The notes below the pieces were generated by a model. It searched no databases and was not told the DNA's origin. It was given only the letters and a program-made list of their open reading frames with translations. The position numbers and the translations under genes were made by a program. This document shows, one piece after another, positions 62,341-64,000 of a stretch of 64,000 nt of DNA. Source of the DNA: Alphaproteobacteria bacterium (GTDB lineage: Bacteria; Pseudomonadota; Alphaproteobacteria; UBA828); contig OZ243972.1 of assembly GCA_965214705.1 (NCBI GenBank), positions 320,001 through 384,000 on the forward strand, given 5' to 3'. Position 1 is the first letter of the stretch, and every line of letters starts with the position of its first letter.

Positions 62341-63548
62341 CGGGTGGTGTGAAGCGCGTCGATGGTGATCACGCGGCCTTCGACGGGAACCTCGTCCAGC
62401 AGTGCGCGCACGGCGGCGATCTCGCCGCCGTCGTCGTTGAAGGCGAGGCTCGCGAGCGGCGCGCCGGTTGCGTGGTCGACCAGGGTCGCGGTCTCGTGGT
62501 GGCCCTCGCCGTTGCGGTTGGCGCCGCGAATGCGCTTTCCGTCGAGCGCGATTGCACGGCCAAGGTTCAGTCTCGGCATCGAGAAGCGTTGCAGCGCCGC
62601 CTCGATCTGCTCGGGGTCGAGGGAGGCGATGACCCGGTGCAGGGTCGACTTCGAGACCGGCACGTAGAGGCCGGTCTTCGGGTTCTTCCAGGCGCCGAGC
62701 GCTTCCAGTTCCCGCTGCGCCAGCTTGCTCGCATACTCGGCGGCGGCGACGGGACCGCGCATGTTGGCGAGCCTTGCGAGGATATAGACCGCGAGCGTGG
62801 TTGCGACGCTGTGCTTGCGCCCCTGGCCGCGCCGGAAGTCCTCGATCCCGTCGAGTTCCTGGTAGAGCGAGCGCAGTTCGCTCGGCGCCCTGCCGGCGTG
62901 GCCCTTGGGCTCCCAGCTTGCGGGCAGCGGGCGGGGCGCGCTGAGCCGCCGGCGGGCATCGCGGCGCAGGGGATAGACATAGAGCCGCTTGGGCTCGCCG
63001 TGGGGGTCGGTGTAGCGGCCGTTGTGGCGGGCAAAGCCCCTGGTGTCGCCGAGATAATGCCAGTTGGCGGCCTCGTAGATCGTGCCCTCGAAGAGCGCCG
63101 GGTTCACGAAGGTCTCCGCGATCAGAATCGGATGCCCATAACAGGACTGCCAGTCGTCGCCGAGGCGGCGCAGCATCGCGGCGATCGCGAACGAGGCAAG
63201 ACACGGAAAGACGCGCTTCGCGCCGAGGATGACGAAGCGGGTGTTGTTCGCGATCAGATGCAGGCGCTGGAACTGCTGCGCCGCCGACCACCCGATCCAG
63301 CGGTCCCGGTGCCTGCTCTTGAAGGCGCCGGCCTGCCACCCGGCAAGCGCGATCCACAACCCGCACCATTCGACGATGTAGCGCAGGCCGCGTCCGGCGA
63401 AGCGCTTGAAGCCGAGGTAATGGTAACGCTCGACCGTCGCATCCCACTGCGCCCGTTCATGCGGCTCTGCGAGGCGGACCACGACATCGGCAAGCGAGAA
63501 GTCGGACGCGCGCTCGAAGAAGGGTCTGTCGTCCGCTCGGTGGCCCAT
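62341..63548 (-). pseudogene. ISAs1 transposase N-terminal part with DUF4338-like domain
   Basis: HYLG, NNTRFVIL, ETFV...GTIYEAANW; then DFRRGQG, ALDGKRIRG, ITIDALHT. Confidence 0.85.
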
Positions 63549-64000
63549 GCCGCCATCACTAATCGAACCGGCGGCGAAAAGCCAGAGAAAAGTGCAACTA
63601 CCTCGACTGGAAGCTCAAATCGTCAACAAAGCCTAGCGTGGGATGGCCCTGGCCAATTCCGACCGAGACACGCCTCAACTCACTGGCCCAAAATGACAAA
63701 TCAGACGACCTGGGCAGTTACTTCGGTTTGAGAATGAGGAGAGAGGTCAAACCAGATAATTGGAATGATAATAAAAGGTTAGTGAAGTGGGACGAAGATC
63801 TGCAAAGCGAGAATCAACACCATGGAAGCACAAGGCGCAAAAACCGTGGCAGGACGCCGACGTGGGTCGTCCATGCGCTACCGGCGAAAGCCTTCGGAGG
63901 TGGGATGGCGGGTCAGGGGAAAGCGCTACACCGTGCCACGCACCTACGGTGCTAACTATCTGACAAAGGGTCGTTTTCTCTCCCTCATCTTGTTGCATCC

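Larger units (their letters stand above)
39598..63651 (-). mobile_element. ISAs1-family element interrupted by element A
   Basis: TIRs CAGGACTATCCCACGCT / CAGGGCCATCCCACGCT; 10-bp TSD GCCAATTCCG at 39588-39597 and 63652-63661. Confidence 0.88.
36758..63721 (-). mobile_element. Single-ORF IS66-family element (~1.7 kb native), expanded to 27 kb by nested insertions
   Basis: TIRs GTAACTGCCCAGGTTGT (36758) and ACGACCTGGGCAGTTAC (63721); 8-bp TSD TTCGGTTT on both sides. Confidence 0.9.

Noticed and set aside
62341-63548. Druantia defence system (DUF4338/DruA-like domain)
   Set aside because: The domain is fused to an ISAs1 transposase inside ISAs1 TIRs, and no other dru genes are present.
63730-63990. 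Possible MITE with imperfect ends (ATGAGGAGAGAG / TCTCTCCCTCAT)
   Set aside because: Weak inverted repeat, no TSD, and at the window edge.

Overview
GC-rich accessory region, probably proteobacterial. It is almost entirely mobile DNA; no rRNA or tRNA was recognised. (1) 1-7.5 kb: a coupled candidate defence operon (SspD-like PAPS-reductase C-terminus, SF2 helicase, MORC/GHKL ATPase, PLD nuclease). The ATPase is split by an IS91-like integrase+transposase element. (2) 9.4-36.7 kb: relics of mobilisable elements: a MobF relaxase, a dynamin-like GTPase, and two divergent paralogous ssb-toprim-DUF2493-RHH modules around a five-repeat Zn-finger gene and nnrS, plus a group II intron and an IS1634. 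(3) 36.76-63.72 kb: a five-level nest whose junctions can be read directly. An IS66 (8-bp TSD) holds an IS1595 and an ISAs1 (10-bp TSD). The ISAs1 holds a 21.9-kb paired-tyrosine-recombinase element A, which holds an IS110 and a 15.6-kb sister element B, which holds a second IS66. A and B share ends (GCACTA...GGTGCGC), subterminal inverted repeats and 10-bp target duplications ending in GGTGT. A carries an orphan type I-G-like mini-CRISPR and a NucS-like nuclease, and abuts a 6x12-bp target repeat. B carries a complete-looking polyprenyl-phospho-arabinose/GT-C glycosylation operon with two 16-nt homopolymer tracts. All family assignments come from motif recognition by eye; no database searches were run.
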